Positions 19,039 through 30,145 of a DNA stretch of 64,000 bases are shown here, piece by piece. The stretch spans positions 544,001 through 608,000 of the forward strand of contig CP122380.1 of assembly GCA_024650005.2 (NCBI GenBank). Reading direction: 5' to 3'. The position numbers and the translations under genes were made by a program. Under the pieces are notes generated by a model. That model had not been told where the DNA came from. It saw only the letters and a program-made list of their open reading frames with translations, and searched no databases. The number at the start of each line of letters is the position of its first letter. Position 1 is the first letter of the stretch. The stretch comes from Candidatus Bathyarchaeum tardum. Lineage in GTDB: Archaea; Thermoproteota; Bathyarchaeia; Bathyarchaeales; Bathyarchaeaceae.

Positions 19039-21129
19039 ATGATAGATTCTTTTTTGTTATCGATCCTTTGGATATCCCTTGTTGGGTTGAATGGTCTCAT
19101 ATCCGTTAGATTGGCTTTAATGTACCGAAAAGATTACGATAAACGCAAATTAATGTTCATCATTGGTCTTATACTTACTTCACATGCTTACCTCGCTAGC
19201 CTACAAGGAATAAACAGTTCCCCGTTGATGAGGCGAGTTTTTGAATGGTGTTCTCTTCCACTTGTTTTTGCTTTTCTTTTCAGTGTCTTCAACGACCGAT
19301 TTAACCTTGATCTATCAAAATGTTACAAAATCTTTCTAGGACTTGTAACTGTGACAATAGGGCTTTTCTTTATACCTTTGCCTTTTCCTTCAATGATCAT
19401 CCTTTTTCCTGGGGTTATCTTTTCATTAATTTTGGCTTTCACTCAATATACAAAACAGTTTGACCTTTCTTCTGTTACTCTGATTCTTTCACTTCCAATT
19501 CACGGTGTATATTATATGGGAATGTATTTTGAACTGCCTGAATTGGCGATATTTTCTGCATTTATTGGAACGACTTTTGTTCTATTAGCTTTTGAAGTAG
19601 CAAAAACTCAAACAGGAATTACTTCATCTCCCCTTTTGTTGCAACAAAAATTAGAAACTGCACAAACCAATTTTTCAGTTCTGTTCAACTTGTTACCTGA
19701 CCCTGCAGTTATTATTGATCATCGAGGTAATTTTCTTGAAATTACAGATGCTGTAACAGATGCAACTGGGTTGTCTCGTGAAGAGTTTATTGGCACTAAT
19801 TTTGTTAATCTTCCGATAATATCCAAGAAAAGTAAAGCTCGAATGATTACAAACCTTGCTAAGCGGATGATAGGTTTAACTATTGAACCCTATGAAATTG
19901 AAATAAATCGAAAAGATGGAAAAAAACTGTTTTTTGAACTTAACGCCTCTAAAATTGAGTATGACGGCAAAGCTGGTAACTTGGTTTTGTTTCGTGATTT
20001 AACTGACAGATATAACTTGATCAATTCCCTTGCTGAACAAGAAGAAAGATTTAGTGACATCGCCAATAATACTGGGGATTGGATTTGGGAAGTTGATCAA
20101 AATGGAAAGTTTGTTTACACAAATTCATGTGTTGAAAAAATAATTGGGTACACCTCTGAAGAAATAATTGGGAAACGCTTTATAGATTTTCTTTTGCCCA
20201 ATTACCGTGAGTCATCAATCGCGTTTTTGAATGAGCCAATAAAGAAGAAGGAAAGTTTTGTTTTTGAAGCACGTTGTTTTCATAAATCTGGGCAGGTTGT
20301 TGTTTTGGACACTAGAGCTGTTTCTATTTTTGATGAGTCTGGAACTTTTGTGGGTTACCGTGGTGTAATCAGGGACGTAACTGAAAAAATTGAGATGCAA
20401 GAAAAACTGGTAAAGTCTGAACGGTTAGCTGCCGTGGGTGAGTTAGCTACAATGGTTGCTCATGATTTGCGAAATCCTTTACAGAGTATTGCTACTGCGA
20501 TGTACTGTTTAGAAAAAGTTATTCCAGAAGAAAAAAATGAAAAAGCAAAGAAACTTGTTGCAACTGTTAAAGATGCATTGAGCTATTCCGACAAAATTGT
20601 ACGGGAACTTTTTGCTTATTCCTCAAAAATTAATCTTGAATTTACCAAAACTAAACCCCGTGAATTAATTAGAAAAGCCCTTTTAACGATTAATATTCCT
20701 TCGAACGTTGAATTTGTTAATAGGACCCAAGATAAACCCGTTGTCTTTGTTGATGCTAACAAAATCCGAAGAATATGTGTAAATATCATTTCCAATGCCT
20801 TGGACGCTATGCCTGATGGCGGAACTCTAACTGTGTCATGCATAACAGTAAACGAAAACCTAGAACTCAGTTTTTCTGACACCGGAATAGGTATGACCCC
20901 TGAGCACATAAAAAAACTCATGAATCCCTTTTTTACCACAAAAGCAAAAGGCATGGGGCTGGGACTTGCAATATCCAAACGAATCGCCGAAGCCCATCAT
21001 GGCACAATAACCGTCATCAGCGAAATCGGTAAGGGAACAACTTTCACTCTAGTATTGCCCATTAAAAAACCACAAGTAACAACCCAGTCATCAAATGATA
21101 TCCAACAACTGCAACAATACTCAGGCTAA
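19039..21129 (+). CDS. Membrane-bound PAS-PAS sensor histidine kinase
   Basis: N-terminal TM helices, two PAS domains, H-box VAHDLRNPL, NALDAM, DTGIG, GMGLGL. Confidence 0.95.
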   Translation: MIDSFLLSILWISLVGLNGLISVRLALMYRKDYDKRKLMFIIGLILTSHAYLASLQGINSSPLMRRVFEWCSLPLVFAFLFSVFNDRFNLDLSKCYKIFLGLVTVTIGLFFIPLPFPSMIILFPGVIFSLILAFTQYTKQFDLSSVTLILSLPIHGVYYMGMYFELPELAIFSAFIGTTFVLLAFEVAKTQTGITSSPLLLQQKLETAQTNFSVLFNLLPDPAVIIDHRGNFLEITDAVTDATGLSREEFIGTNFVNLPIISKKSKARMITNLAKRMIGLTIEPYEIEINRKDGKKLFFELNASKIEYDGKAGNLVLFRDLTDRYNLINSLAEQEERFSDIANNTGDWIWEVDQNGKFVYTNSCVEKIIGYTSEEIIGKRFIDFLLPNYRESSIAFLNEPIKKKESFVFEARCFHKSGQVVVLDTRAVSIFDESGTFVGYRGVIRDVTEKIEMQEKLVKSERLAAVGELATMVAHDLRNPLQSIATAMYCLEKVIPEEKNEKAKKLVATVKDALSYSDKIVRELFAYSSKINLEFTKTKPRELIRKALLTINIPSNVEFVNRTQDKPVVFVDANKIRRICVNIISNALDAMPDGGTLTVSCITVNENLELSFSDTGIGMTPEHIKKLMNPFFTTKAKGMGLGLAISKRIAEAHHGTITVISEIGKGTTFTLVLPIKKPQVTTQSSNDIQQLQQYSG

Positions 21130-21175
21130 TTGGTTTCAGTAAACTGTTTTTATTGATAATGCTCTAATTTGTTTC

Positions 21176-21193
21176 TGTTCTATTAATAGAACA
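21176..21193. promoter_or_regulatory. Perfect 18-bp palindromic operator candidate TGTTCTATTAATAGAACA
   Basis: Perfect palindrome plus an extra half-site TGTTCTAT at 21198, ~60 bp upstream of the 21254 start. Confidence 0.6.
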
Positions 21194-21253
21194 AAACTGT
21201 TCTATAATCAGAGCTAATAATTACTTTCAGCCAAGAATATTTGGTGAAAAAAA

Positions 21254-22285
21254 ATGAAAATCGAAATAAAACTGGCAATGATCGGACTTCTATCACTACT
21301 TGTAGGATCCGCTTTTGCTTCGCCACTTCTAATGACCGAACTTGACCCAGAAAACATCAAACCTTACCTTAAACCTCCTTCTGATGTTTTTACCTCGAGT
21401 GTCACTGGCGAAGTGTTGTATGCTAATTTTAGCATCACACCCAATTCTGAAAAAGACTCAGTCTTTGACCTTTCATATTTTGTTGTTATTAATGTAACTA
21501 ACACTTCTGATGAGCCTACAAATGTTACTTTTGTTAGTTTTGATGCAGAGGTTCAGGATTACTCCTTGCGCAAAACTAACTCAGGGGGGTATTCAAAATC
21601 AGAGGCTGGCCGAGGATGGACTGCAAGAGAAGCATGGGTAGACGGCAAACACTACAATTTAACATGGGTTCCTAACAAAGAAGGCTTTGATTACCAAGGG
21701 GATCCAGAGCTTGAAGGCGAATGGATAGAAGGTGTGAACATCTACGAACATTACATCAACTACAAACTAGCATACACCCGCATCAATATGAACGGCACTT
21801 GGGTAGACGTAACTGGAAGGATTGACGTAGAACGTCCACTTTATTGGCCACCTACAGAACATGTGATGGATGCAACAATCATTTCACACATCAAAAGTCT
21901 TGTCCGTGAAACAACTTTTGATACTGAAGGTCTTGATACACCAATGATCCAACGACCTCCCAGCGGTACACCTGAAGAATTCAATGAAGTTTGGGGTCCT
22001 CATCAGTCACGACTAATTGTGATAAAAGCTGACCGCCCTGTTCCTAGCAAATACTTTGAGTCTGAAAAACTTGAAAAATTGAAGACAGAAGAAATCGTGT
22101 TAAAAACAATAATACAGAATAGTGTAACAGTTGATAATTGGACAGATTCTGCGGTCTCTAACGACTACATACAAGTTTTCTTTGAAGTGACTGATAACGG
22201 ATATCAATACAGTGTCTTGCCTGAGGATACAGTGTTTACATTGGACGTTTTTGGTGTTGAAGCATTCATTGATTCGAGGGACTGA
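21254..22285 (+). CDS. Secreted hypothetical protein
   Basis: Signal peptide (MKIEIKLAMIGLLSLLVGSAFA), beta-rich. Confidence 0.8.
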   Translation: MKIEIKLAMIGLLSLLVGSAFASPLLMTELDPENIKPYLKPPSDVFTSSVTGEVLYANFSITPNSEKDSVFDLSYFVVINVTNTSDEPTNVTFVSFDAEVQDYSLRKTNSGGYSKSEAGRGWTAREAWVDGKHYNLTWVPNKEGFDYQGDPELEGEWIEGVNIYEHYINYKLAYTRINMNGTWVDVTGRIDVERPLYWPPTEHVMDATIISHIKSLVRETTFDTEGLDTPMIQRPPSGTPEEFNEVWGPHQSRLIVIKADRPVPSKYFESEKLEKLKTEEIVLKTIIQNSVTVDNWTDSAVSNDYIQVFFEVTDNGYQYSVLPEDTVFTLDVFGVEAFIDSRD

Positions 22286-22287
22286 TA

Positions 22288-22749
22288 ATGGCTTCGATTG
22301 ATTCTCCAGAACCTGAAGGCACGACCTTGAATGTGTACTCTTACGTGGTAAAACAGGGGAAACCCGTTGGTCCACGGGAAGTTATGCGGGGCTCAAATCT
22401 GAGTAGCCCAAGCGTAGCCTATTGGCATCTGCAAAAACTGGAAAACGCTGGTTTACTACAAAAAAACACGGCTGGAGAATACATTGTCAAAGAAAAAACA
22501 AGCATCAGCGGGCACATCTGGATTGGACGAAACTTAGTCCCACGCCTGATGTGTTATTCCCTATTTTTTCTTGGAATCTTGCTTGTAGAAACTTTAATCG
22601 TTTCTGTTCAATTTTATTCTAGTGGAGAAATCCCAAACCTCGCTCTTCTATATCTAATTGCAACAAACGCAATAGCTTTCGCGCTATTCCTTGGTGAAGG
22701 CTTACTGTTGCGCAAAAAAGGTCAACCAGATAAAACCAAAGACTATTAA
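22288..22749 (+). CDS. Winged-HTH regulator with two C-terminal TM helices
   Basis: GPREVMRGSNLSSPSVAYWHLQKLENAGLL followed by two TM segments. Confidence 0.8.
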   Translation: MASIDSPEPEGTTLNVYSYVVKQGKPVGPREVMRGSNLSSPSVAYWHLQKLENAGLLQKNTAGEYIVKEKTSISGHIWIGRNLVPRLMCYSLFFLGILLVETLIVSVQFYSSGEIPNLALLYLIATNAIAFALFLGEGLLLRKKGQPDKTKDY

Positions 22750-23049
22750 ACAAAAATTTTCATTTTTGTTGTATCACTTCTTTGTCTTGTTGAAGTGTTC
22801 TTTTTGGTGTGTTTAATGTGCCAAAAACCAAAGCAACAACTAATAGTTACATTGGCAAAAATCGCATTTTTCTTGTTTATTAACAAAATTGTGGACTATT
22901 TGCCATTTATGGAAAATTATCAATTGATATCAATATTGTTCGTTTTCAGCAATTAATTATGTAACTTTTAATCAAAAACTTCAATTCACAAGCAGATAAC
23001 TTATTCAGTTTGTAGGGATAACTAAATAAAAACGCATGTCTAACTTTAC

Positions 23050-25218
23050 ATGAGGAAAAATATCTTGTCGTTTTTCTTGGGTAAACAGAAACTAACCGAA
23101 GCAACCGTCGAATTACCTGCAGAAGCTCTTCATCGCCATTTAATGGCAATTGGAGCTAGCGGCTCAGGAAAAACGGTACTCTGCAAATGTTTAATGGAAG
23201 AAGCCATCCGCCATGATATTCCTGCAATAATTGTTGACCCCCAAGGAGACATTTCATCGTTAGCCTTGAAAGGGAACTCCGAAGAACTGGAAATTCATGG
23301 AGTACCCCTAACCATGCAGGACGAATATTTTGAAAAAGCCCGAGTCGCAATTTTTACTCCTGCTAGCAGTAAAGGAATCCCCATTAGTGTTAATCCCCTT
23401 TCTTTTCCGTCTGAGGATACTCCTCATGAAGAAGCCATTTTGGCTCTTGACATGACGGCGACTTCTCTTTCTAGTTTTCTTGGGTATGATTTATTTTCAG
23501 ATGCAGGAAAAGGCGCTAAAGCTTTCCTGTTTACCTTGTTGCATCATCTGTGGCAAAAGGGCGAAAACGTAAGGGACATGGAACACATGGCTCAACTAGT
23601 AACAACCCCTCCTGAAGCCATCGTTGAAGTGCTGAAAACTTTTGTAACAAAAAAAGAACCTCAAGAAATTGCCCGTAAACTGCGGTTTCTTACTGTGGGA
23701 ACTCCTTCATTGATGTTTCAAAAGGGGGTTCAAATCGACATGGACATGTTCATGGACAAAAGGGACGGCAAGGTTCCTTTGAACATTATTTACATGAACA
23801 CCCTTAGTTCTACAAACGACAAACAGTTCTTCTTGGCTACTTTGCTCAAAGAACTGTATTGCTGGATGCTCAAAAACCCCTCAGAAGATATTCAACTACT
23901 GTTTTACGTGGACGAAATTGCCCCATATATTCCACCGTATCCTCGTAACCCTCCCCCTAAGGAAGCGTATGCATTTCTGTTCAAGCAAGCCCGTAAATAT
24001 GGAGTCGGACTTGTAGCTGCGACACAAAACATTACGGACATTGACTACAAAGCCCTCGCCCAAGTCAACACTTGGTGCCTTGGTCGGTTGATGACCCAAC
24101 AAGACATTTCACGGGTTAAACAGATTATTCAGTCAGTAGACCCTACCCACGCTGAAACCGTTTTACAAAAACTTCCAAGCCTAAAAACAGGGGAATTCCT
24201 GATGCTTTCACCTGATGTTTACGACGACGTGATTAACTTTCAGGTTCGATGGCTTGTAACAGACCACCTGACCTTAGATTCCGACGATATTCCAGCAGCC
24301 ATATCCCCTGAGACAAAAGAATTTTTTGCCCAGTTCTTGAAAAAACCTGAAACAAAACAAATTACACGTAAAACGAAAGCTGAAATTGTTACTGAACCTG
24401 CAGTTAAACCTGCTCCAAAAACTCTTGCTGAACGTATACAGTTAACACTTAATTCTGTGCGCCAAAGTGTTTCTGCTGATTACCTTGCAGAAAATCTGGA
24501 TGCGTTTGTCAAAGATGTTGAAACAGCACTGAATGGTTTGATAAAATCAAAAATTGTGAAAAAAAGTAAAAGTAAAGATGATGACGAGTACCTTTACTGG
24601 TTGTCCAAGTTTGGGTTTGAACCTGCAAAGAACGTGTTGGGAGAAGTTTTAGCCATTCCCGTAAGGATAACCCAAGTGGAAGCGTTCAAACGAGCAAAAT
24701 CGTGGCTTGAGGGCGGTTTATTGTTTAAAAAAGAGGAATTTTATGATGCGACCTTTTCTCATATGCCGATTTGGAAAGTTTCTGGAACCCGTAAAACTAA
24801 ACGTTTGTTCTTTTTCAGAGCTGAAGAAGTTGACACTTTTTACTTGAGTGCAACAACAGGTGCCTTGATTTCTTTGGAAAAAGATGAAATGATATTTCAT
24901 CGGTTAATGAAAAAAAAGGCTTCAAAAATCAAAAACTTCGACGACGACAACGATATCGTTTTTATTCCTCGGCTTCCTAAAGAAGTTCCCCGAATTCCCA
25001 GAGTCAAAATTGGAACCAAAAAAATTTACTCCACTTTGCGGTTAACGTTTGGGGTCAAAGCAGTATTTTCTGAACTTGTTTTGTTGCCTGTTTGGACCCT
25101 TAAAGTAAGGCACAAGAAAAGCAAGAAAAAACGAACCATATACATGGATGCAGCCACTGGGCGACAGATTGTTGGATATTTTAAATCCCCACGAAAAACT
25201 TCTGCCCGAAAGCAGTAA
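23050..25218 (+). CDS. HerA/FtsK-like P-loop ATPase (DUF87/DUF853-like) with C-terminal extension
   Basis: RHLMAIGASGSGKT, IIVDPQGD, LFYVDE, KQARKYGVGLVAATQ. Confidence 0.85.
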   Translation: MRKNILSFFLGKQKLTEATVELPAEALHRHLMAIGASGSGKTVLCKCLMEEAIRHDIPAIIVDPQGDISSLALKGNSEELEIHGVPLTMQDEYFEKARVAIFTPASSKGIPISVNPLSFPSEDTPHEEAILALDMTATSLSSFLGYDLFSDAGKGAKAFLFTLLHHLWQKGENVRDMEHMAQLVTTPPEAIVEVLKTFVTKKEPQEIARKLRFLTVGTPSLMFQKGVQIDMDMFMDKRDGKVPLNIIYMNTLSSTNDKQFFLATLLKELYCWMLKNPSEDIQLLFYVDEIAPYIPPYPRNPPPKEAYAFLFKQARKYGVGLVAATQNITDIDYKALAQVNTWCLGRLMTQQDISRVKQIIQSVDPTHAETVLQKLPSLKTGEFLMLSPDVYDDVINFQVRWLVTDHLTLDSDDIPAAISPETKEFFAQFLKKPETKQITRKTKAEIVTEPAVKPAPKTLAERIQLTLNSVRQSVSADYLAENLDAFVKDVETALNGLIKSKIVKKSKSKDDDEYLYWLSKFGFEPAKNVLGEVLAIPVRITQVEAFKRAKSWLEGGLLFKKEEFYDATFSHMPIWKVSGTRKTKRLFFFRAEEVDTFYLSATTGALISLEKDEMIFHRLMKKKASKIKNFDDDNDIVFIPRLPKEVPRIPRVKIGTKKIYSTLRLTFGVKAVFSELVLLPVWTLKVRHKKSKKKRTIYMDAATGRQIVGYFKSPRKTSARKQ

Positions 25219-25265
25219 ATTAACAAACAATTTAAAATGTGTTGCTTTGATAGAACCTGAAGGAA

Positions 25266-25442
25266 ATGGTAACATTGAATGCGGAAGATGAATTAATCTC
25301 TAAGCTTAAAGCCGAAATTGGAAAAAGCCTGCCTGCTATGTTTGCTGGAATGGCAGAAAACATGCTGGAAAATAACAAAGACGTGATCATAACTTGGCTA
25401 AAAGACAACAAACATTTAGTAAAAGAAGTCATTGAAAGTTAA
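25266..25442 (+). CDS. Small hypothetical protein (58 aa), below the ORF-track cutoff
   Basis: MVTLNAEDELISKLKAEIGKSLPAMFAG...VIES; normal composition, followed by a T-tract. Confidence 0.6.
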   Translation: MVTLNAEDELISKLKAEIGKSLPAMFAGMAENMLENNKDVIITWLKDNKHLVKEVIES

Positions 25443-25590
25443 ATCAGTGCTGCATTTTTTCTTTTGGCACATATTTTTTTCAAAAATTATGTCTGAAAAT
25501 TTTTTGTGCAACGTAGATTTTGTTTTGCCAATTAAACTCTAATATACTAGTTTTGCAACAACATGGAGTTCAACATTAGGAGACAAAAAA

Positions 25591-25845
25591 GTGAATGAAG
25601 CAATAATGCAATTTGTTGAAAAATATACCAAAAACCAACTCATAGGTTACTTCTTGATGATGTGGGGCTTGACCTTTTTCTTCAGCTCAATTAGTGGATT
25701 CATGTGGCTTATTGGAGGTTACAGTTCTGGACTTGATTTGCTAATTGATATCTTTTGGAACTTGGCAGATCTAGGCTGTGCAACTGTTCTTGGATTGCTT
25801 GGACTAAAAATTCTAGAAAAACCAGAAAACAATCCAGAAAAATAA
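25591..25845 (+). CDS. Small two-TM membrane protein
   Basis: AGGAG SD and two hydrophobic segments. Confidence 0.7.
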   Translation: MNEAIMQFVEKYTKNQLIGYFLMMWGLTFFFSSISGFMWLIGGYSSGLDLLIDIFWNLADLGCATVLGLLGLKILEKPENNPEK

Positions 25846-26274
25846 ACACTTTTTTCGTTTAGTTTCTTTTTTTATTTGTTACAACCTGTTAACGGACTTT
25901 TCTTGTTAACCTGTTAATGTTCATAGCATTTTTGTTTCTTTAGGGCATTACTTTATTCTTTTAATGAGAGGGTCCATTTCTGATTTTTAGTTCTTTGCCG
26001 ATTCTTTTTACTTCTTGAATAGAAAAATAGTCTAGAATCTTCATACAAATTTTTTGACAATACTTGTATGGTGTGCAATTAAGAATTCTTTTCTAACGAA
26101 TAGATCCTTATATGCTTCTTTTAGGTTGATATTTATTAAATCTGTTGTAGATTCTTACATAGTAAGGTTAATAGGATACCTTTCAGTCTAGGATGCTAGT
26201 TCACATTACCAAAAATGCAATTAAACCTTTGTAATGTAACGCAAAAGTTCGTAAGAGTTAGGAGATAACAAACA

Positions 26275-26541
26275 ATGGGTAAGATAATTATTGTTTACAA
26301 AATTTTTCCAACTGAATCAACAGTTGACCTTCAAGTGTTGAAAGAAAAAATTCAAGAAAAACTAGCTGATATTGCTTCAATCAAAAAATTCGCTGAAGAA
26401 CCCATCGCTTTTGGTCTTTGTGCCCTAAAAGTAAACATGGTTCTACCAGAAAAAGAAGGAATCGCAGACGAAACAGAAAAACGAATGGCAACCATTGAAG
26501 GTGTCGGTCAAATCCAGACTTTAGGATTAACTAGATTATAA
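26275..26541 (+). CDS. ef1b: Elongation factor 1-beta
   Basis: EEPIAFGLCAL motif; 88 aa. Confidence 0.95.
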   Translation: MGKIIIVYKIFPTESTVDLQVLKEKIQEKLADIASIKKFAEEPIAFGLCALKVNMVLPEKEGIADETEKRMATIEGVGQIQTLGLTRL

Positions 26542-26621
26542 TTTCTCAAACTTTATATATTCAGGGCTTCTTCGAAAAATGTGAAGCCTTATAATTACTT
26601 AAATGAAGGAAGGAAAACTAC

Positions 26622-28793
26622 GTGAGCGAAATACAACTAAGAGTAGAAGACGCAAAACAACGAGACGTTTATCGAGGAATCGCCCGAATCGATCAACAGA
26701 CAATGCAAAAATTAGGCATTTCAGCGGGCGACGTTATAGAAATTATCGGAAAAAGAAACACTGCAGCTATAGCTTGGCCAGCGTATTCTGAAGACCAAAA
26801 CAGAGATATAATTCGTATCGACGGATTCACCCGAAAAAACGCTGGGGTGGCAATGCACGAAGTAGTTGTAATTCGCCCCGCAAAAGTAACAAATGCTGCA
26901 ACTGTGGTTTTGGCTCCAATAGACATGAAACTGAACGTAGATGAAGACTTCACAAGCTTTGTAAAAAACAGGCTCATGGAAAGAACGTTCGTAGAAGGCG
27001 ACACCACCCTAGTAATGATGTTAGGCCATGCAATTCCTTTCCGGGTGACTAAATCTCGTCCACATGGAATTGTTCGAATCGGTCACAGTACAACCGTGCA
27101 AATCATGGCTGAGCCCGCACCCGAAAGTGAAGGTTTGCCTCGAACAACTTACGAAGACATTGGTGGATTACATGAAGAAATTCAACGAATCCGAGAAATG
27201 GTTGAACTGCCCTTAAGGCATCCTGAACTGTTTCAACGCCTTGGAATAGAACCACCAAAAGGGGTACTGTTGCATGGTCCACCTGGATGTGGAAAAACCT
27301 TACTAGCTCGTGCAGTAGCAAACGAGTCCGAGGCAAACTTTTACTCAATAAATGGTCCAGAAATCATGAGCAAATTCTACGGAGAATCTGAAGCCCGACT
27401 CCGAGAAATGTTCCAGCAAGCACAAAAAAATGCTCCTAGCATAATTTTTGTTGATGAACTTGATGCAATCGCACCTAAACGTGAAGAAGTAACTGGAGAA
27501 GTAGAACGCCGAGTTGTTGCACAACTTCTTGCTTTGATGGATGGACTTTCTGGAAGAGGCTACTTGATTGTTATTGGTGCAACTAACCGACCTGAAGCCC
27601 TTGATCCTGCTTTGAGGCGACCTGGACGCTTTGATCGAGAAGTCGAAATTGGTGTACCTGACCAAAAAGGGCGCTATGAAGTGATGCAAATTCACACTCG
27701 AGGTATGCCCCTTACAGCTGACGTGGATTTAGACAAACTTGCCAAAATGTCCCATGGTTACACTGGTGCAGACCTTTCAGCCTTAAGTCGCGAAACAGCA
27801 ATGAAGGCGTTACGCAGGTATTTGCCTGAAATAAATTTGGATGAAGAACGGATTCCTCCAAGTGTTTTAGAAAAAATGGAAGTTCGCATGGAAGACTTCT
27901 TGAATGCATTTCGAGAAATCACGCCAACTGCACTGCGTGAAGTTCACATTGAAATTCCAGAAGTTCACTGGTCCCAAATTGGTGGCTTAGGTGAACTAAA
28001 ACAGGAACTCATAGAAGCCGTTGAGTGGCCCCTTAAAAACCCCGAAGTTTTCACTAGGCTGGGTATTAACCCTCCAAAAGGCATCATGCTTTATGGTCCT
28101 CCGGGATGTGGAAAAACTTTACTTGCAAGGGCAGTTGCCACAGAAAGCGAAGCAAACTTCATAACTATAAAAGGTCCAGAAGTATTTTCCAAATGGGTCG
28201 GAGAATCAGAAAAAGCTATCCGCGAAGTTTTCCGAAAAGCACGTATGGCTTCACCTACTGTAATCTTCTTTGACGAGTTTGATTCTTTGGTTCCTGGTCG
28301 TGGAATGGGTTACGCTGACAGTGGAGTTACTGAACGGGTTATCAGTCAACTATTAACGGAAATGGATGGTCTTGTTACTTTGGAAGATGTAGTAATTATT
28401 GCTGCAACAAACAGGCCCGACATTATTGATCCTGCAATTCTTCGTCCCGGACGGTTTGACCGTTTGATTTATGTTCCTGAACCCGATAACGACAGTCGAA
28501 TGGAAATCTTCAAAATCTACACAAAAAAGATGCCTTTGGCGGAAGATGTGGATTTAACTCAGTTAGTTACTTTAACAAAGAAGTATTCCGGTGCAGATAT
28601 CGAAGCTCTTTGTCGTGAAGCTGGACTTCATGCATTGCGCAAGGATATAAATGCACAGAAGGTTACTGCTGATGATTTCAGGAAGGCTATTGAAAAAACT
28701 GGTCCATCTATCATGCCAAACATGGAGAATTGGTACCGGAATTTCATGAAGAACGCTCGACAATTGAAGAAATCCACAACACCAGTTGCGTAA
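26622..28793 (+). CDS. cdc48: CDC48/VCP (VAT) AAA ATPase
   Basis: N domain plus two AAA modules (GPPGCGKT twice), RRPGRFDR. Confidence 0.97.
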   Translation: MSEIQLRVEDAKQRDVYRGIARIDQQTMQKLGISAGDVIEIIGKRNTAAIAWPAYSEDQNRDIIRIDGFTRKNAGVAMHEVVVIRPAKVTNAATVVLAPIDMKLNVDEDFTSFVKNRLMERTFVEGDTTLVMMLGHAIPFRVTKSRPHGIVRIGHSTTVQIMAEPAPESEGLPRTTYEDIGGLHEEIQRIREMVELPLRHPELFQRLGIEPPKGVLLHGPPGCGKTLLARAVANESEANFYSINGPEIMSKFYGESEARLREMFQQAQKNAPSIIFVDELDAIAPKREEVTGEVERRVVAQLLALMDGLSGRGYLIVIGATNRPEALDPALRRPGRFDREVEIGVPDQKGRYEVMQIHTRGMPLTADVDLDKLAKMSHGYTGADLSALSRETAMKALRRYLPEINLDEERIPPSVLEKMEVRMEDFLNAFREITPTALREVHIEIPEVHWSQIGGLGELKQELIEAVEWPLKNPEVFTRLGINPPKGIMLYGPPGCGKTLLARAVATESEANFITIKGPEVFSKWVGESEKAIREVFRKARMASPTVIFFDEFDSLVPGRGMGYADSGVTERVISQLLTEMDGLVTLEDVVIIAATNRPDIIDPAILRPGRFDRLIYVPEPDNDSRMEIFKIYTKKMPLAEDVDLTQLVTLTKKYSGADIEALCREAGLHALRKDINAQKVTADDFRKAIEKTGPSIMPNMENWYRNFMKNARQLKKSTTPVA

Positions 28794-28819
28794 TTACAAT
28801 AATGGAAGTGAAATAGTAA

Positions 28820-29056
28820 ATGATGAAAACTTGGGTGTCTCATCCCATAAAAACGCAGATTCGGGAATTACTGGAACGGAAAGGACCAATGACCGACATT
28901 GAACTCTTTGATTTAGTAAAGGGAACTCATGACGGTGTAGGATTCAGTGAATTGAACAAGAATCTGTTGCGTATGGAAATTGAAGGCACCATCTATGTTT
29001 CGGCTCGTACAAAAGGTAAGCGCCGAGTAGAATTAGTTGAAAAAAAGAGTAGCTAG
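28820..29056 (+). CDS. Small winged-helix protein
   Basis: 78 aa wHTH-like (LNKNLLRMEIEGTIYV). Confidence 0.65.
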   Translation: MMKTWVSHPIKTQIRELLERKGPMTDIELFDLVKGTHDGVGFSELNKNLLRMEIEGTIYVSARTKGKRRVELVEKKSS

Positions 29057-29113
29057 ATTTCCTCAAATAGTTTTTGAGGACGTTCACGTATACTTTTTTG
29101 GTGGCATTCAGCT

Positions 29114-30145
29114 TTGGGTGTAAATTTAAGAGTATTGATTCCAAAAACGGAAATCGATTTTAATGTTCTAAGTGGAAAGATTGTCGCTATTGATGCTTAT
29201 AACAGTCTTTATCAGTTTTTGTCCAGTATTCGTCAACCTGATGGCACTCCTTTGAAAGACCGCTCTGGCATGATAACTAGTCATTTAATTGGGTTATTGT
29301 ACCGAACAGCCAACTTGGTAGAGAAGGGAGTCAAAGTTGTTTACGTTTTTGATGGTGAATCACCCGAGTTAAAAGAGGCTGAAGTTAAACGCCGCACACA
29401 GGTCAAAGCAGAAGCCTTGGTGAAGTATGAGCAAGCCCTAAAAGAAGGTGATATGACGATGGCTCGGCGTTATGCTCAGATGACTTCTAAAATGAAAAGT
29501 TACATGCCTGACGACTCAAAACGGCTCCTAACTGAATTGGGCATCCCCTGGATTCAAGCTCCCTCTGAAGGAGAAGCTCAAGCAGCTTACATGACAATAA
29601 AGGGCACCGCAGATTACTGTGGCAGTCAAGACTTTGACAGTCTGCTTTTTGGTGCAACTCGTCTTGTGCGAAATGTAACGGTAAGCGGTAGGCGCAGGAT
29701 TCCAAAAAGGAACACTTACGTTGATGTGTTTCCTGAAGTAATGAAACTTGATTTAGTTCTTAAAGAGTTAGAAATTACCCGTAAACAGCTCATTGACCTT
29801 GCGATTTTGGTGGGGACTGATTTTAATCCTGGAGTTAAGGGTGTTGGACCAAAGACTGCTTTGAAACTAATCAAAAAGTATGGATGTATTGAAGAAGTTA
29901 TTCCTAACTTGGAGAATGCAGACTGTATTGGTGATTACAAAGGAATTCGGGATGTCTTTTTGAATCCTAAAATTACTGATGACTATAAGCTGGAATGGAA
30001 TTCGCCAAATGCTAAAGGTGTAGTTGATTTTCTGTGTCGGGAGCGGGACTTTTCAGAGGACAGGGTTCGTAGTGCTGTTAACAAAATGACTGTAAGCCTT
30101 AAAGAGTCTAAAAGTAAGACCACCCTTGAGTCATGGTTCGGTTAA
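29114..30145 (+). CDS. fen: Flap endonuclease 1
   Basis: AIDAYNSLYQFL, APSEGEAQAAY, SQDFDSLLFG, C-terminal PIP-like TTLESWF. Confidence 0.97.
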   Translation: MGVNLRVLIPKTEIDFNVLSGKIVAIDAYNSLYQFLSSIRQPDGTPLKDRSGMITSHLIGLLYRTANLVEKGVKVVYVFDGESPELKEAEVKRRTQVKAEALVKYEQALKEGDMTMARRYAQMTSKMKSYMPDDSKRLLTELGIPWIQAPSEGEAQAAYMTIKGTADYCGSQDFDSLLFGATRLVRNVTVSGRRRIPKRNTYVDVFPEVMKLDLVLKELEITRKQLIDLAILVGTDFNPGVKGVGPKTALKLIKKYGCIEEVIPNLENADCIGDYKGIRDVFLNPKITDDYKLEWNSPNAKGVVDFLCRERDFSEDRVRSAVNKMTVSLKESKSKTTLESWFG

